From: an uncultured Oscillospiraceae bacterium
Lineage (GTDB): Bacteria > Bacillota > Clostridia > Oscillospirales > Oscillospiraceae
Length of the DNA stretch: 64,000 bases
Assembly: GCA_910588105.1 (NCBI GenBank)
Contig: CAJUQD010000010.1
Location: 1,607-65,606, forward strand
Direction of reading: 5' to 3'
The notes beneath the pieces are model-generated. The model made no database searches, was not told the DNA's origin, and worked only from the letters and a program-made list of their open reading frames with translations. Of the stretch, positions 63,263 to 64,000 are shown piece by piece. Position 1 is the first letter of the stretch; every line of letters begins with the position of its first letter. Both the position numbers and the translations under genes were made by a program.

Positions 63263-64000
63263 TCAGCGGCGGTTCTGTATTTCCCCGCAGAGGCTTTCGT
63301 TAAAAATCCCCCGCACCTCCTCCACCCGGTCCGTCTGGCCCAGCGCCCACATCAGCTTGGTCACCGCCGCCTCGGTGGTCATGTCCCAGCCCTGGATCAC
63401 CCCCTGGGCCAGCGCCCGCTGCCCCGCCTGGTAGAGGGAGAAGTCGCTGCTCTCGTAGAGGCACTGGGAGCATACCACCACCGCCATCCCCGCCCGGGCG
63501 GCGGCGTGGAGCTTTTCAATCAGGTTCCGGCGGATAAAGTGCAGCCCCCCCGCCCCGAACGCCTCGATGACCACCCCCCGGTAGTGCATCCGCAGCAGCA
63601 TGTCAAAGATCTCCGGGTCCAGCCCCGGGGTGAGCTTGATGAGAAACACCTGCTGGCACAGCTCGTCCCGCAGCACGCAGGGGCCGGGCACACGGGGGAT
63701 GGCCTCCTCCCGGATGGTGAGGCCGGAGCCGTTGACCACCGCCACCGCCGGCCAGTTCACGCTGTCGAAGGCGGCGAAGTCGGTGGTGTGGGTCTTGACC
63801 GCCCGGCAGCCCAGCATCACCCTGCGCCCAAAGGCCAAAAACACCCCTGGGCAGCCCTGGGCAGCCATGGCAAAGGCAGTGCGCAGGTTGTCCAGCCCGT
63901 CGGTGAGGGGGTGCTCAATGGGCAGCTGGGCCCCGGTGAGCACCACCGGGACGGGGATGCCCCGCACCATGAAGGACAACACCGAGGCGGTGTAGGCCAT
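63263..64000 (-). CDS. L-asparaginase (type I), 3' part
   Basis: MAYTAS.LSFM, PVVLTGAQ, K.HT..F.AF.S, GVVIEAFG.G, DMTTEAAVTKL; the 5' end lies beyond the window. Confidence 0.85.
   Translation of the reverse strand: MAYTASVLSFMVRGIPVPVVLTGAQLPIEHPLTDGLDNLRTAFAMAAQGCPGVFLAFGRRVMLGCRAVKTHTTDFAAFDSVNWPAVAVVNGSGLTIREEAIPRVPGPCVLRDELCQQVFLIKLTPGLDPEIFDMLLRMHYRGVVIEAFGAGGLHFIRRNLIEKLHAAARAGMAVVVCSQCLYESSDFSLYQAGQRALAQGVIQGWDMTTEAAVTKLMWALGQTDRVEEVRGIFNESLCGEIQNRR

Noticed and set aside
1..64000. Reverse transcriptase, DGR/retron, transposase or known defence system
   Set aside because: No RT, DDE/HUH transposase, restriction-modification or Cas motifs were recognised in any ORF.

Overview
GC-rich chromosomal window from a Firmicute, most likely Clostridia/Oscillospiraceae. 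This is inferred from the Clostridia-type murA-yycJ-rlmH and asp23-fakA gene orders, an Mbl-type MreB, a CIRCE and a Gram-positive SOS box. Most of it is housekeeping: metA end, mtnA, thrS, CorC, YfhO/GT2, rubredoxin, DacF-type carboxypeptidase, murC, KtrAB, mbl, rlmH, murA, htpG, fakA, RluA, MacB-like ABC, mini-RNase III, RqcH, pullulanase, tRNA-Tyr/Thr and asparaginase. The main finding is a compact 13.3 kb minus-strand operon of about 20 ORFs (21393-34730). It encodes a phage head (terminase, capsid, portal, protease) plus a Mu-like contractile tail and baseplate. It has no integrase, replication, repressor, tail-fibre or lysis genes, its composition is host-like, and host repeats sit inside it. 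It is therefore a candidate domesticated gene-transfer-agent-like or PBSX-like particle. It has a rearranged head gene order, a TerS apparently lacking its DNA-binding domain, an intact -1 frameshift chaperone pair and a short disordered protein in the tape-measure slot. Also seen: an orphan promoter-to-terminator unit of about 290 nt just downstream, an orphan SOS-boxed promoter and a phage-like sigma-region-4 trio beside the tRNAs (possible trans-regulator), two paralogous unlisted microproteins each divergent from small DNA-binding genes, and several dispersed repeat families. Family names come from motif recognition by eye, not from database searches.
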